64,000 nucleotides of DNA, from positions 163,990,001-164,054,000 of the forward strand of contig OX597816.1 in NCBI GenBank assembly GCA_951406725.2, in the 5' to 3' direction. A program made the translations under genes and the position numbers. Numbering within the stretch: the stretch's first letter is position 1; every line of letters starts with the position of its first letter. The notes beneath the pieces were generated by a model. That model searched no databases, was not told the origin of the DNA, and saw nothing but the letters and a program-made list of their open reading frames with translations. The stretch is from Octopus vulgaris (Eukaryota). This document shows, piece by piece, positions 12,794-27,612 of this stretch.

Positions 12794-13265
12794 TATGAAC
12801 GTTGGCCATATTGTTTGTCAAGCACAGATCCAATATGTTATTCGCCTTACTTAATCGGAGCACAATTTGCTCCATGAATGAGGCATTGGTGAGTTTGAGC
12901 AGGAACTCCACTTGTACTTGTTTGCAATGAATCATTCCTGGGATCATGAGGCCCTCGGGCCATTTCACTTCAAATCATCCATAAGAAACACACGCACGTG
13001 ATGTTCCAGTTTTATGAGGGGTCTCTCTTATTCTTTTGAAGCAATCTTTAAACTTGCCTGTGTGGTTTGGAGCATCCGGTGGACGATATGTATTGCATAT
13101 GACTATAGTGTGTTGTCTTATGTATACAGCTTGAGTGTCACATCCTGAATTTGAGTACGACAGTAGGACCTGGGGCGTGAAGTCCTCATGGATGTATACA
13201 TCAAAAGCTTCCATCGATAAAAGATTGAGAACATTGGTTTCTGGAAACATCTGTATGCCAATGAC
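12794..13265 (-). mobile_element. CR1/L2-group LINE apurinic-like endonuclease fragment
   Basis: IVICNTYRPPD and NILDLCLTNN; the frame continues into VSDH on the other side of the SINE. Confidence 0.8.
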
Positions 13266-13500
13266 CAAGACCCCTTTCGTATATGACTATGTCTTTTGGC
13301 TGCTATAGACAGGGTAGGATAATTGTTATGCTGATGACGTCTAGTAAGGAAGAAACACGTGTCCACAGCCCTCCTCTTATCTCCAGACAACAAAACTGTT
13401 CTTTTCACTACTGGGATATCAGTTATGGAGAAATCTTGATTTTTGAGATTGTCGCTCCTTTGCATAAGTAGGTGTTATCAATTGCCATTTCGTAAACATC

Positions 13501-13575
<75 letters not shown>

Positions 13576-13699
13576 AACATATTCCCAATATAAAATAGTG
13601 TATATTTAAAGACAAGAAAAACTACCTTTAACAGGTAGTTTTACACACTAGTCAAAACGACCAAAACCACATTTAAAAGCAATTTCGAAGGGAATGAAA

Positions 13700-13732
<33 letters not shown>

Positions 13733-13770
13733 CTTTATTTAAAGCAGCAGAAAATTCAACAAAATCTGTT

Positions 13771-13805
13771 GCTCTGAGTTTCTCGTTGCCGTTCATCAGA
13801 CAGTT
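13771..13805 (-). ncRNA. Candidate minimal type I hammerhead ribozyme motif (Penelope-type)
   Basis: Minus strand reads ACUGU-CUGAUGA-ACG-GCAA-CGA-GAAA-C-UC-AGAGC. Core boxes are canonical; helices I and II are imperfect. Confidence 0.5.
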
Positions 13806-13895
13806 TTTGTTAGAATGGAACCGATATATCAATTCAATCCAGACTCTTACAAACGCTAAAAAGAAAAACTTGTTTCACATTTATGTGTTTACTCC

Positions 13896-13998
<103 letters not shown>

Positions 13999-14088
13999 TG
14001 TCTGTCTGTCTGTCTGTCCTTTGCCACTCGTGTTCGTGTATTTACGGTCCCGCCATCTAGCGGTTTGGCACAAAATAATTACCAGACA

Positions 14089-14154
<66 letters not shown>

Positions 14155-14156
<2 letters not shown>

Positions 14157-14247
14157 CCCTTATCAGACAGGTAGTCATGATGAGTATACTGGGCTTCGTA
14201 TATTTTACCCCAGTGTCACTTTGATGGCATGCTCTGCTCGCTCACTC
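14155..14247 (+). mobile_element. Short retroelement-like fragment embedded in an (AAT)n array
   Basis: A 93-bp unique island flanked on both sides by (AAT)n, itself inside a decayed SINE A tail (about 14025-14370). Confidence 0.45.
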
Positions 14248-14421
14248 AATAATAATAATAATAATGATAATAATGATAATAAACATTGGGGTCGATTCGT
14301 TCAACTAAAATTCTTTATGGCGGTGCCCCAGCATGGGCGCAGCCTTATAACTGAAACAAGTAAAAGACAAAATAAGTTGTGTTAGTGTGTATGTATGCAC
14401 ACGCACCACTCACAGACACAC

Positions 14422-14454
<33 letters not shown>

Positions 14455-14580
14455 CAATTGTGATTGTATATATACGTTTACAATTATATATATGATATAT
14501 ACGGACATACGCACATACACAATTGTAGTTGCTTATATACATATACAATTATATGTATGGTATATACGTTCATATGCACA

Positions 14581-14963
14581 CTAGCAGTATCGCCCGGCGT
14601 TGCTCAGGTTTGTAAGGGAAATAACTATAAAGCATTTTTAGAGTTATAGCCAAAAAATAGCAAAAAAATGGGAAAAAAATGATGGTAAATTTTTTTTGAG
14701 AGTTAAAAAAGGTGGAGTTGCGTCCCCTAGACGGTCTGTGGTTTGGGTTTCTGATTCTCGACCCCATGTCGAATTTATCGATTTTTTTCAGAACTGGGGG
14801 AACTTTTCAAAATTTTCGCTGCGTTAGTTTTGAATTATGACATTGGGCTATGTGTGTGTCAAGTTTCATCAGAATCGGTTGAAAGCCGTGGTCAGGGTGA
14901 GGGTACGAGAAAACAGACACACAGAAACACGCACAGACAAACTGCCGTTTATATAGAGAGAGA
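14581..14963 (-). mobile_element. Non-autonomous Helitron
   Basis: Minus strand has 5' A|TC..TATATAAA and 3' GCAACGCCGGGCGATACTGCTAG|T, with no TSD. The 3' ~65 bp is shared with 28227-28740. Confidence 0.85.
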
Positions 14964-15151
14964 TAGATACACAACCCGATTATTACGCAACTGAATTTTC
15001 TCAGAATACACTGAATGCTCCAAAACGGAAGTGAATAGATCTTCATATTTCATAGAAACTACTCAGAATGAGGTTTTACGAGTTGTTGTTCTGGTTCGAT
15101 GACTGCTAGTTGGTTGGTAAATAGATTTGAAATTCCGAGAAGAAGAGAGTA

Positions 15152-15370
15152 TACTCTTTTTACTCTTTTTCTTGTTTCAGTCATTTGACTGCGGCCATGC
15201 TGGAGCACCGCCTTTAGTCGAGCAAATCGACCCCGGGACTTATTCTTTTGTAAGCCCAGTACTTATTCTATCGGTCTCTTTTGCTGAACCGCTAAGTGAC
15301 GGGGACGTAAACACACCAGCATCGGTTGTCAAGCAATGCTAGGGAGACAAACACAGACACACAAACACAT

Positions 15371-15410
<40 letters not shown>

Positions 15411-15572
15411 GACAGGTTTCTTTCAGTTTCCGTCTACCAAATCCACTCACAAGGCATTGGTCGGCCCGGGGCTATAGCAGAAGACACTTGCCCAAGGTGC
15501 CACGCAGTGGGACTGAACCCGCAACCATGTGGTTGGTTAGCAAGCTACTTACCACACAGCCACTCCTGCGCC
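15152..15572 (-). mobile_element. SINE family A, full length (same subfamily as 8138-8587)
   Basis: Shares diagnostic variants with the 8138 copy (CTTCTGCTATAGCCCCGGG, CCCTAGCATTGCTTG, GTACTGGGCTTACAAAAG). Confidence 0.92.
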
Positions 15573-15868
15573 TATGTGACAGATTTTTATAAAAGCATAT
15601 AACTTAACACGTACATATGTATATACACATTTCTGTGTGTATGTGTGTGTGTTTGTGCTTCTCTAAAAATCGCTAAATATAAGCGGTGACGTTGTTGTCA
15701 ATGCTCCTGTCAACAAACTGTTTGGTCTTGGTGCGCCTTCAAAGACGTATTGATATATAAAAGATCTTTTTACTAGGAAAACGGTCTCGATATGGAGAAG
15801 CGGATGCAAGACAGAATGAACGAAACTACGCGACCGTTCATGTATGTACGTGTGTGTGTGCGCGTATT

Positions 15869-15914
<46 letters not shown>

Positions 15915-15953
15915 TACATATAAGATATATCTCTATACACAATATATAAATAT

Positions 15954-15988
<35 letters not shown>

Positions 15989-16049
15989 ATATAATGGTAT
16001 GTATGTATACACAAACATAATGTATATATATCAATCATGTACATGAAAA

Positions 16050-17435
<1,386 letters not shown>

Positions 17436-17627
17436 TATGTGTGTGGGTGTAAAGATACCTTTGTAATCGGTCTTTGAAACAGTATCATACAACATTAACC
17501 TATAAATACGATATGGAATGAAAAAGTAACCAATGTGTAGAACGTCTATATGATTTGATTTTGATTTTGTCTGGTAAGTCGTATACACACTTGTCTGTAT
17601 ATAAACACTTATATTTAACTTTCTCTG

Positions 17628-17694
<67 letters not shown>

Positions 17695-17749
17695 CCCTAT
17701 CCATCCATCCCTTCCTCCTCTCTACCTTTCTATCTATCCTTCTATATAT

Positions 17750-18470
17750 AATCGTGGGCTCCAGCTGATATCCGAACATTGTGTTCGTCACTTTCTATCC
17801 AGTCTCCTCGGCAGATGTTTGCGCCGAATGTGACTCTGGATTCCAACTTTGTGCTGTAAGAGTCGTGGGCAGAATTTGCACAGGATGGTTAGTGCGGATC
17901 GTGGAGGTTGAAGACGCTCTTTCTTCTCCTGCATTTGACCACCTCTGTTCTGCTCGAAGGAGCTGGCTCCATTGCGGATGGCAGTCCTCCAGGCTTGTCC
18001 TATCCATGGCAATCTCTTCCCATGAGGATAGCTGGATGTTAGTTTGAGCCAGGGTCTGTTTGAACTGGTCTTTAAAACGGAATTTCGGGCCTTCTCTGGA
18101 CCTTGATCAGATTGCAAGTTCTCCGTAGAGCATGACCCTCGGGAAACGTGAGGACTCTATACGCTCGACATGACCGGCCCAACGGAGACGAATGCGAAGA
18201 ATGGTGACTTAGACGCTTGGTAGTGAGGCGCAGCGAAGAACCTCAGTGTTGGTAATGTGATCTTCGCATCGAATAATGAGGATCTGTCGTATCTTGGATT
18301 GCTGGATGCATTCAAGGCGCTTGAGACTCAGAGTAGAAAAACGAAGCCAGTCGGGGAGTAAATTGTTTGAGGTGATCGTGGCTGCGTGCCGGCTAAGTGC
18401 ACGCAATTGGCCAGGAACTTCCCTGTAGCGGCTCAGGAATTGAGATGTGCAGTCTTGTTGAGGATTGTCG
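17750..18470 (-). mobile_element. RTE-clade LINE 3' fragment with C-terminal C2H2 zinc finger (decayed)
   Basis: IRCEDHITNTEVL...RLRWAGHVERIESSRFPRVMLYGEL...RFKDQFKQTL...WEEIAMDR, then CKFCPRLLQHKVGIQSHIRRKH. Confidence 0.85.
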
Positions 18471-18495
18471 TATATATATATATATATATATATAT

Positions 18496-19670
18496 AAATC
18501 CTTAAATCCTTTAAAATATTTTAGCCCGAAGGCCGCGGCCATGCTGGGGCACCACCGCTGAATGAGCTACACTAATGTGTGAATCCACCTCTGATACGTG
18601 GCACTTGATCAACAAGGGAGTTCGATGCTGCTGCCCGCATCTGCGTCTCCTGTCGTGAGGTAGGTTCATCTGGGACTCCCGACAAGAAGAGATCCAGTTT
18701 AGTTTTAAAGAAACCCAGATCCACACCATGTAAGTCTCTCAGGCATTTAGGGAGGATGTTAAAGAGTTGTGGTCCTCTGAAACCCAAGCTGTTGCAGTAT
18801 CTAGACCTGTATTTTGATGGTGATGTTGGAATCTTTGGCACCATGCAGTGGCGCCCCGTTCTGCGGTTGGGGTAACTTTGAACGCCAAAGTTTGGGACAA
18901 GACCCTCCAGGATTTTCCAGATGTATATCACCGCATATCTCTCCCGCCTCCGCTCTAGAGAGAAGAGGTTTAATACTTTCAGTCTTTCCCAGTAGCTGAT
19001 ATTTTGCATTGAGACGATTTTCTATGTGTAGCTTCTCTGAATTGCTTCGAGTTCTGCTTTTAATTTTATATTGTGTGGTGACCATAGTTGGGAGCAGTAG
19101 TCCAAGCGGCTGAGGACGAATGTTTTCCATAGGACCATCAGTGTCTCCTTCTCTCTTGTTCTGAAAGTTCGGAGAATCCATCTAGCTAGCCGTCTGCATT
19201 TTATCACCAGATTAGTAATATGCAATTGGAAAGATGCATCATTGCTCATGTCAATGCCCAGGTCACGCACTGATTTTGACTCAGGGATTGCAATTCTTCC
19301 TGGGCCAGTGTATCCAGTCTGCACGTCGTTTACCTTTGTGCGCCGGTAGCGCAGGGCCTGGAACTTACCTGCATTAAACTGCATGTTGTTGTCCTCAGCC
19401 CACCTGTATATTGTGTCCAACTCCTGTTGCAGATGTGCAATATTTTCAGGGTTTTATATTGTATGGGAGACTTTTGTGTCATCTGCATAGCTAGCAAGGG
19501 TGGCCATCGTAGCAACTGAAGGCATGTCTGAAAGGGCCACTATGAACATCAGTGGCCCCAAGACAGTGCCCTGTGGGACACCGCTTGTTATTTGTGTTTC
19601 CTTGGAGGTGGCTCCATTGCTCACAACTGCCTGTCTTCTGTTTTTTAGGAAGTTGTGCAGCCACTCTCCA

Positions 19671-19674
<4 letters not shown>
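18496..19674 (-). mobile_element. CR1/L2-group LINE, 5'-truncated, best-preserved copy (RT C-half and 3'UTR)
   Basis: A single frame [71 protein letters not shown] with two in-frame stops. Short AAGGATTT tail repeats; flanked by (TA)n. Confidence 0.93.
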
Positions 19675-19759
<85 letters not shown>

Positions 19760-20217
19760 ATACTCTTACATATATATGTGTGTGTGTGTATATGCATGTA
19801 TATAAATATCTAAATATTTACACATGCAGGAACACACAGACAGACACACACACACACACTCACACACACACTCACACATTGCAAACATAATTATGACGAA
19901 GTAAAAAAAAATGTGTATTAGATTTACGCTCAGGAAACAAATGTGTATGTGTGTGCGAGCTTACGTGTGTGCGTAGTTATATGCATGTACTCATATATAT
20001 ATAGACACGCACATGTCTACTTATTTCCTAACACTTGATATATAATTTCATTAGCAACACATTTAAACTTGAAATAACAAACGGTCGTACCAACCCTAAG
20101 ATCGAAAACGAGGATATATATACATATACTTGCATGCATGTATACAGATATATATATATATATGTATCTTAAATATATGTATATATCTTTGGATGCATGG
20201 ATATATATATATATATA

Positions 20218-20395
20218 GGGAGAATTCATAGAAAAAACAAAAGACAAAGACAGGTGGTGTAGACAACAAACAGATGTATTAGTATAACGCTCGGGAAGTG
20301 AAAAAGTCTTTAACGTTTCGAGCCTACGCTCTTTCACAGAAAGGAACACAGAAAGAAACAGGGAGAGAAAATAAAGAATGTATAGTGGCTAGTGA
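20218..20395 (-). mobile_element. Repeat family E copy 2 (hammerhead-like motif at 20306-20347)
   Basis: GGGAGAATTCA..AAAAGAC.AAGACAGGTGGTGTA..AACGTTTCGAGCCTACGCTCTT; abuts (TA)n. Confidence 0.8.
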
Positions 20396-20577
20396 TACAG
20401 ATGTACGTTAAGAAGCTTGCTTCTCAACCACATCGTTCCGTGTTCAGTCCCACTGCGTGGAAACTTGGGCAAGTGTCTTCTGCAATAGCCTTGTGAGTGG
20501 CATACATAAACAGATATCTTTATAGAATTAAAAGTTTTCCTTATATATTGATGTATTTATGTATGTGTATGTATGAA

Positions 20578-20702
20578 TGCTCGAAATGAGGAGTAGATAG
20601 ACAGCCGACAACTGATGAAGGGTCCTTTCTCTGTGTTTACTTGTCTTGTTTTCCATTTATCTTTTCTTGTTGTTTACGTACTTCATGTTGTTTCCAACGT
20701 TA
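20578..20702 (+). repeat. Short interspersed repeat G (second copy at about 48005-48178)
   Basis: TCGAAATGAGGAGTAGATAG.CAGCCG..AACTGATGAAGGGTCCTTTCT is present in both places. Confidence 0.75.
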
Positions 20703-20804
20703 GTATATATATATATTGATTGATTGATTCTAGTTTCAGCTCATGAGTTGTGGCCATGCTGGGGCACCGCCATTTGCTGGGGCACATATATATATATATA
20801 TATT

Positions 20805-21049
20805 CTTTTGTTTCATTCATTTGACTGCGGCCAGCTGGAGCACTACCTTTAGTCGAGCAAACCGACCCCAGGTCTTTTTCCTTATTCTTATTCTGTCGGT
20901 CTGTTTTTTTTTTGTGCCGAACCGCTAAGTTGCGAGGACGCAAATACGCCAGCATCGATTGTCAAGCGATGTTGGGGGCAAAAACACACACACACTCACA
21001 CGCACACATACACACAAACGCACACATACACACAAACGCACCCCCCCCC

Positions 21050-21091
<42 letters not shown>

Positions 21092-21200
21092 GACGGGCCT
21101 CTTTCAGTTTCCGTCTGCCAAATTCACTTACCCGTGGTGCCACGCAGTGGGACTGAACCCAGAGCCATGTGGTTCGCTAGCAAGCTACTTACCACACACC
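20805..21200 (-). mobile_element. SINE family A, internally deleted
   Basis: Tail, microsatellite and head blocks are all recognisable. A plus-strand head fragment lies at 20405-20500. Confidence 0.85.
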
Positions 21201-21234
21201 CACTTATATATATATATTTACGCATACATACATA

Positions 21235-21285
<51 letters not shown>

Positions 21286-21547
21286 CAGAGAGAAAGAGAT
21301 ATGCGTGTTTATATATTGGGCTTTGATAAACAGCATATTTACTCGACCTGTAATGTTTTGCAATACTGTATTTGCTTATGTGTATGTTTGTATATACATG
21401 TATATATATATGCATAAAAATACATGTATGTATACATATGTAAATACTCACTTACATACATACATACAGACAGACAGACATACATACATATATGTGTATA
21501 TATATATGTATGTGTGTATATATGTGCATATATATATATATATATTC

Positions 21548-21593
<46 letters not shown>

Positions 21594-21628
21594 AGAATAA
21601 TTACTATGAAGCATTGATCCTCCTTTAT

Positions 21629-21671
<43 letters not shown>

Positions 21672-21718
21672 GAAGCCCGGGAGGAAACAAAATATTTTTG
21701 CCGATTTGATCACTATGG

Positions 21719-21763
<45 letters not shown>

Positions 21764-22243
21764 TGTGCATATGTGTGAATGTGTGTGCGTTTGTATAACA
21801 CACGTGTCTATTAACACAAATATGTATTTGTATATCGTATTCTCTTAGCTAATTACTGGTCTTTAAATTGAAAGTCTGAAGTTCTTGCTCGACTACTTAA
21901 AGTGTAGTTAACGCTGAACGCCATTAATATAACATGAACTACTACAGGCTTTGCTCACTCCGGGTTGCCTGGGGCTAAATAAGATCATCATCATCATCAT
22001 CATCATCGTCGTCGGCAATGCTGTCATCGATATCATTACCATTACTAAGAACAACAACAACAAGTTCACCTAAATTCACTCTCCAGATAAGATCTACGAC
22101 CTACATAGATACCTCTGAGCAATACCACTTGTCTTTTTGGTTGGTTAATCAATTCATTAATTAGTTGCTGCTGCTGCTGCCCCTTGTGTAATAATAATAA
22201 TAATTTCTTTTATACGCACAGAAACTGATATATATCTATTATA

Positions 22244-22633
22244 GGCGCAGGAGTGGCTGTGTGGTAAGTAGCTTGCTTACCAACCACATGGTTACGGGTT
22301 CAGTCCCACTTCGTGGCACCTTGGGCAAGTGTCTTCTACTATAGCCTCGGGCCGACCAAAGCCTTGTGAGTGGATTTGGTAGACGGAAACCGAAAGAAGC
22401 CCGTCTTAGATACGTATGTATATATATATATATGTTTGTACGTTTGTGTTTGTCCCCCCACAACTTCGCTTGACAACCAATGCTGGTGTGTTTACGTCCC
22501 CGTAACAAAGCAGTTAGGCAAAAGAGACCGATAGAATAAGTACTAGGCTTACAAAGAATAAGTCCTGGGGTCGATTTGTTCGAATAAAGGCTGTGCTCTA
22601 GCATGGCCGCAGTCAAATGACTGAAACAAATAA
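22244..22633 (+). mobile_element. SINE family A, full length
   Basis: GGCGCAGGAGTGGCTGTGTGGTAAG ... GCATGGCCGCAGTCAAATGACTGAAAC. Confidence 0.92.
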
Positions 22634-22734
22634 ATGTATATATGTATGTATGTATGTATATATATATATATGGAAGTATGTATGTATAGGCTTAGCTACG
22701 TATATGAATGTGTTGATATACATATATATTGTAT

Positions 22735-22880
22735 ACTCTTTTACTCTTTTACTTGTTTCAGTCATTTGACTGTGGCCATGCTGGAGCACCGCCTTTAGTC
22801 GAGCAAATCGACCCCCAGGACTTATTTTTGTAAGCCTAGTACTTATTCTATCGGTCTCTTTTGCCGAACCGCTAAGTTAC
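22735..22880 (-). mobile_element. SINE family A 3' fragment, tail-to-tail with the preceding copy
   Basis: Reverse complement of about 22500-22633, about 100 bp downstream. Confidence 0.88.
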
Positions 22881-24334
22881 ATATATTGTATTGTGTATGT
22901 ATAACTGAACTCAGACAGAATATGTACCACGCTTTAAAAAAAATAACTAAGTATCGGGGTCGATTTGTTCCACTAAAATTTTTCAAGACCGTGCTCCAGC
23001 ATGGCCTGAAATAAAAGATAATCGTTAATATATATACACACACACACACACGTAGCAAAACCTGGACAGTGAGTTTGTTGTATTTATGGCTAGTCGCGGA
23101 AATATGTCAGCGGGTCTCGTTGAAAAATATTGAGCGAAAAGAGAATGACCTATATCGCTGTCCCTTCTATAACAAGTGACTGCTGCCACGGCTAGCGTGG
23201 CCTACTATAGGAACCGTTGAGGGTGTCAGAAATACCTAACCTAGGTTTTTGCCTTCCTAGGAAGCTGATAACATCGTTCATAGCGTGTGGAGTTTAGCTA
23301 GTAAAATGTCGGCTGTAACTCTCTGATTCTTTCTCTCCCTCTCTCTCTATCTCTATTCTGTCTCTTTCGTTCGTTTATAAATTTTCTGAGTCCATCCATC
23401 ATTTAGTTTGTCAGTCTTTCTATCTGTGTGTCTATCGTCTGTCTGTACAAAAATGGTCGTCTGCTTATTAATGATATTATTGTGGCGGGTAGGCGTGATT
23501 GTGTTTGTGAGAATACACACACACGTTATATATTGAGTTGTCATGTAAATTCGTTCGTTTCTTTCCAAAGTCGTGTAGACAAGACACGGCGATTTCCTGC
23601 TAAGACAGTGGAACGTTAGAAAGAAGTTATGAATGATGAAGGGAAATATATTATTGACTGATTTGTGAAAATTGTTGATGGAAAACGAGTTAAAATAAAT
23701 GGTAGAAAACGATCGAATTTCTATGACAACACAATACGTTAATATATACATACACTCACACACATATGCATACATACATACATACATACATTCAGATATT
23801 GACGACACAGAGCTTGACGAAGCAACAACTGAGCAACAACTTCGAAGTTACTGTCAGCCTTTTCCTTATAAAAAAATATGCACACACACACACATACACA
23901 TAAAGACTCGCTGTTTCTCCTTCTCTCTCTCTTTCTCTTTCAATCTCTCACACACACAACATGCACATTCTGTGTGTGTGTGTCTCTCTCACACTCACAC
24001 ACACACTCTACCTCAAACGCATGCACACATTTTATATGTACGTATGTGCGTTGCTGGTTGATTGCGTGTGTATATATCTGCCTAACTTTCTCTTTCTATC
24101 TTTCTATCTTTGTGTGTGTGTGTGTGTGTGCGCGCGCGCGCGTGTGTGTGTGTTTGAATATAAGTGTATGAGAATATTTATCTATGTTAAAGAGAACAGA
24201 CGCGTACACCAGGAACAAGCAGAAATATAGCCATGCGCACTCAAATATATACGCATCAGTACGTCCACAGAATATATCTTATATATTATTCAATGCATAT
24301 ACAAACACACAAGCATATATATATAAATACATAC

Positions 24335-24369
<35 letters not shown>

Positions 24370-25485
24370 AGTGTGAATATTCGTTAAACATGTCTGTATG
24401 TTTCTATGTGTGTGAATATTCATAAACACGTGTGTATGTGTGTGTGTGCGCACACACACTACTTGTCCTGTCTCACACACTTCAAATTAGCCCCCTACTT
24501 GGAACCCGGAAGGTCAACGTCGTGTTAGATGGGTATATTTAAGCACAGCGTATCCCAAATCACTCCGCAAAAGCATGCTAGGTACGTAGATAAGCTTATG
24601 GGGGAACTATTTTCAAAGAACCCCCAACGATAGTCTCTATATTAAGCAAAGACATGCAGACGACCTATATTAGTGAAATCACCTCCAAACAACTGCTGAC
24701 ACTATTGCCGTTATTTATATACTCCGCGAGAAAAAAGGCCCATCTTTCAACTGTTATCTTTTTTATAAAATTGTCAACATGTTTCTCCATAGTGCTGGTA
24801 TAAATAGACAATAAGTGAGATTTCTTATAGGTTGCTAAAAATGTTAGAAGTAACAGCTAAATTTCCACCCAAATCCTACCTTGAATTTTTTTAAAAACAG
24901 AAGCTCTCCATAGCATAGTTGTGTTAGTCCCATATATATGTGTGAGTGTGGGAGAGAAAGAGAGAGAGAGTGTGCGTGTGTGTGTGTGTGTGGCCATGGC
25001 TAGAACGTCTAAAAGACCAGATTAGACTAGACCAGTGCTTTCGCCAGCTTAGCCAAAATTCATATTCCCAACAGATTTTATACCTATAAGTAAAACTATA
25101 AAAAGGTTATATTTATATAAATATATATATATATATACATATGTATATGTATAGATATGTATAAAATATAGCATATGCTATATTTTATGCTATATTTTAT
25201 TTATATTATGTTATGTATATATGTAAATATATATATAATGTACGTATATAAATATGTATATGTGTAAATATATATATATAATGTATATATGTATGTATAT
25301 ATATATATGTATGTATATATATATGTATATATATATATATATATGCATATATATTTATATATATACACATGTATGTATCCTTATGCACATATATGCATAT
25401 ATATATATATATATATATATATGCATAGATTGATGGAGTAATTATAAACCTGGGATATATATCTATATATCTATCTATCTATCTA

Positions 25486-25538
<53 letters not shown>

Positions 25539-25882
25539 GCATACATCCATAAAAATACATTTACATATACAAATATGAGTGTGTGAGTATGTGTCTACGT
25601 GTATGAATATGAATAAGTATGTGTATGTCTATGTATACACACACAAACACACACACATACTCACACATGTATGTATGCATATATCTATGCACATTCTATA
25701 TAAAAGATACATATATATAATAATTCTGTAATATATTATTAAATGTAAACTCAGGTTATTGCCATTTCAAAGCTTCTTTAAGAACAACAATAAAGCATAT
25801 ATTCATGTGAAGCTGGAGGTAAAGATGCTGTGGCGTATGTAGACTCAATTATACGAATTTATTGCAAAACTCAGGAAGACAC

Positions 25883-25916
25883 GGGGAGCTTTCAACGCTC
25901 GTCTTCTTCAGCTTCT
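25883..25916 (-). ncRNA. Candidate minimal hammerhead ribozyme motif
   Basis: Minus strand reads CUGAAGA-A-GAC-GAGC-GUU-GAAA-GC-UC with a palindromic AGCU helix III; helix I is poor. Confidence 0.4.
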
Positions 25917-26009
25917 TTGGTTGAATAAGTCAACAGGCGGATTTCAAGTCTCACTCAACTGCATTGGAACATATTCCACACACACACACACGCACATATA
26001 TATGTATGC

Positions 26010-26052
<43 letters not shown>

Positions 26053-26373
26053 CATTATATATATATTTACATATATACATAATATAATATAAATAAAATA
26101 TAGCATATATATATATACATTATATATATATATATTCACATGCACTCGCGTATATATGTATGTGTGTATATATATATATGTATATATATATATCTATATA
26201 TATATGTATATGTATATATATGTAGATATATTTTTTGTATATATATATGTATATGTATATATATGTATATATATGTATATATGCATATATATGTATATAT
26301 ATGTATATATATATGTATATATGCATATATATGTATATATATAAACATATATGTGTATGTGTGTGTATATATA

Positions 26374-26431
<58 letters not shown>

Positions 26432-26831
26432 ATGAATATTAATATACACACACACACACGTGTGTGTGTGTGTATTTGAGTGTTTCTATATGTAATGTTG
26501 TACATATATGATTACGTACATACATATTCACATATGTTTGTGTGCGAGTATATATATTCATATAATACACACACACATACACACGTTTTGTGTTAATTTT
26601 CCGTTATAATAAAAACATTTAGGAATTTGTTTTGAAAGCTCCTTGGTGTGATATACTGCGTTGAATCTCATATTGTCATACCTGTGGATGGTGATATTTA
26701 GCCAATTAAACACACTCACTAACAGTGCGTGTGTTTAATTGACAAATATCACCACCCCCAAGTCTAACAATATATATATGTATATACATATATATACCTA
26801 CATAAATATATACATATATATACCTACATAC

Positions 26832-26913
<82 letters not shown>

Positions 26914-26924
26914 GTGTAAAGGGA

Positions 26925-27612
26925 CCTGGCTGTGTGGTAAGAAGGTTGCTTCCCAACCGCATATTTCTGGGTTCAGTCCCACTGCGTGGTAACTTGGGCA
27001 AGTGTCTTCTGCAAGAGCCTTGGGCCGACCAAAGCCTTATGAATGGATTTGGTAGATGGAAACTGAAAGAAGCCCGTCGTATATATATATATATATGTAT
27101 ATGTATATATTTGTGTGTCTGTGTTTGTACCACCAACATCGCTTGACAACCCCCGTAACATAGCGGTTCGGCAAAAGAGACCAGTAGAATAAGTACTAGG
27201 TTTACAAAGAATAAGTCCTGGGTCGATTTCTTCGGCTAAAGATGGTGCACCAGCATGACCGCAGTGAAATGATTGAAAAATACGAACGTTTTTATATATA
27301 TTGGCATGTGTATTAGTATGTACATATATGTGTGTGTGTTTGTGTGAGTGTGTGTGTCTATATGTGTGTCTGTTTGTGTGAGTGTGTGAATGTGTGTGTG
27401 TTTGTGTGAGTGTGTTTGTGTGTGTGTCTATCCGTGTGTGTGTCTATCGCTTGACAACCGATGTTGGTGTGTTTACCTGTAACTTAGTGGTTCGGCAAAA
27501 GAGACCGATAGAATAAGTACTAGTCTTACAAAAAATGTCCTTGGGTGTATTTATTCAACTAAAAGGCAGTGCTCCAGTATGGTCGCAGTTAAATGACTGA
27601 AACAGATAAAAG
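26925..27612 (+). mobile_element. SINE family A copy (26925-27280) plus second tail fragment (27445-27612)
   Basis: Family A blocks seen directly. Confidence 0.85.

Noticed and set aside
20578-20625. GAAA...CTGATGA arrangement in repeat G as a permuted hammerhead
   Set aside because: No convincing helix I or III in either copy.
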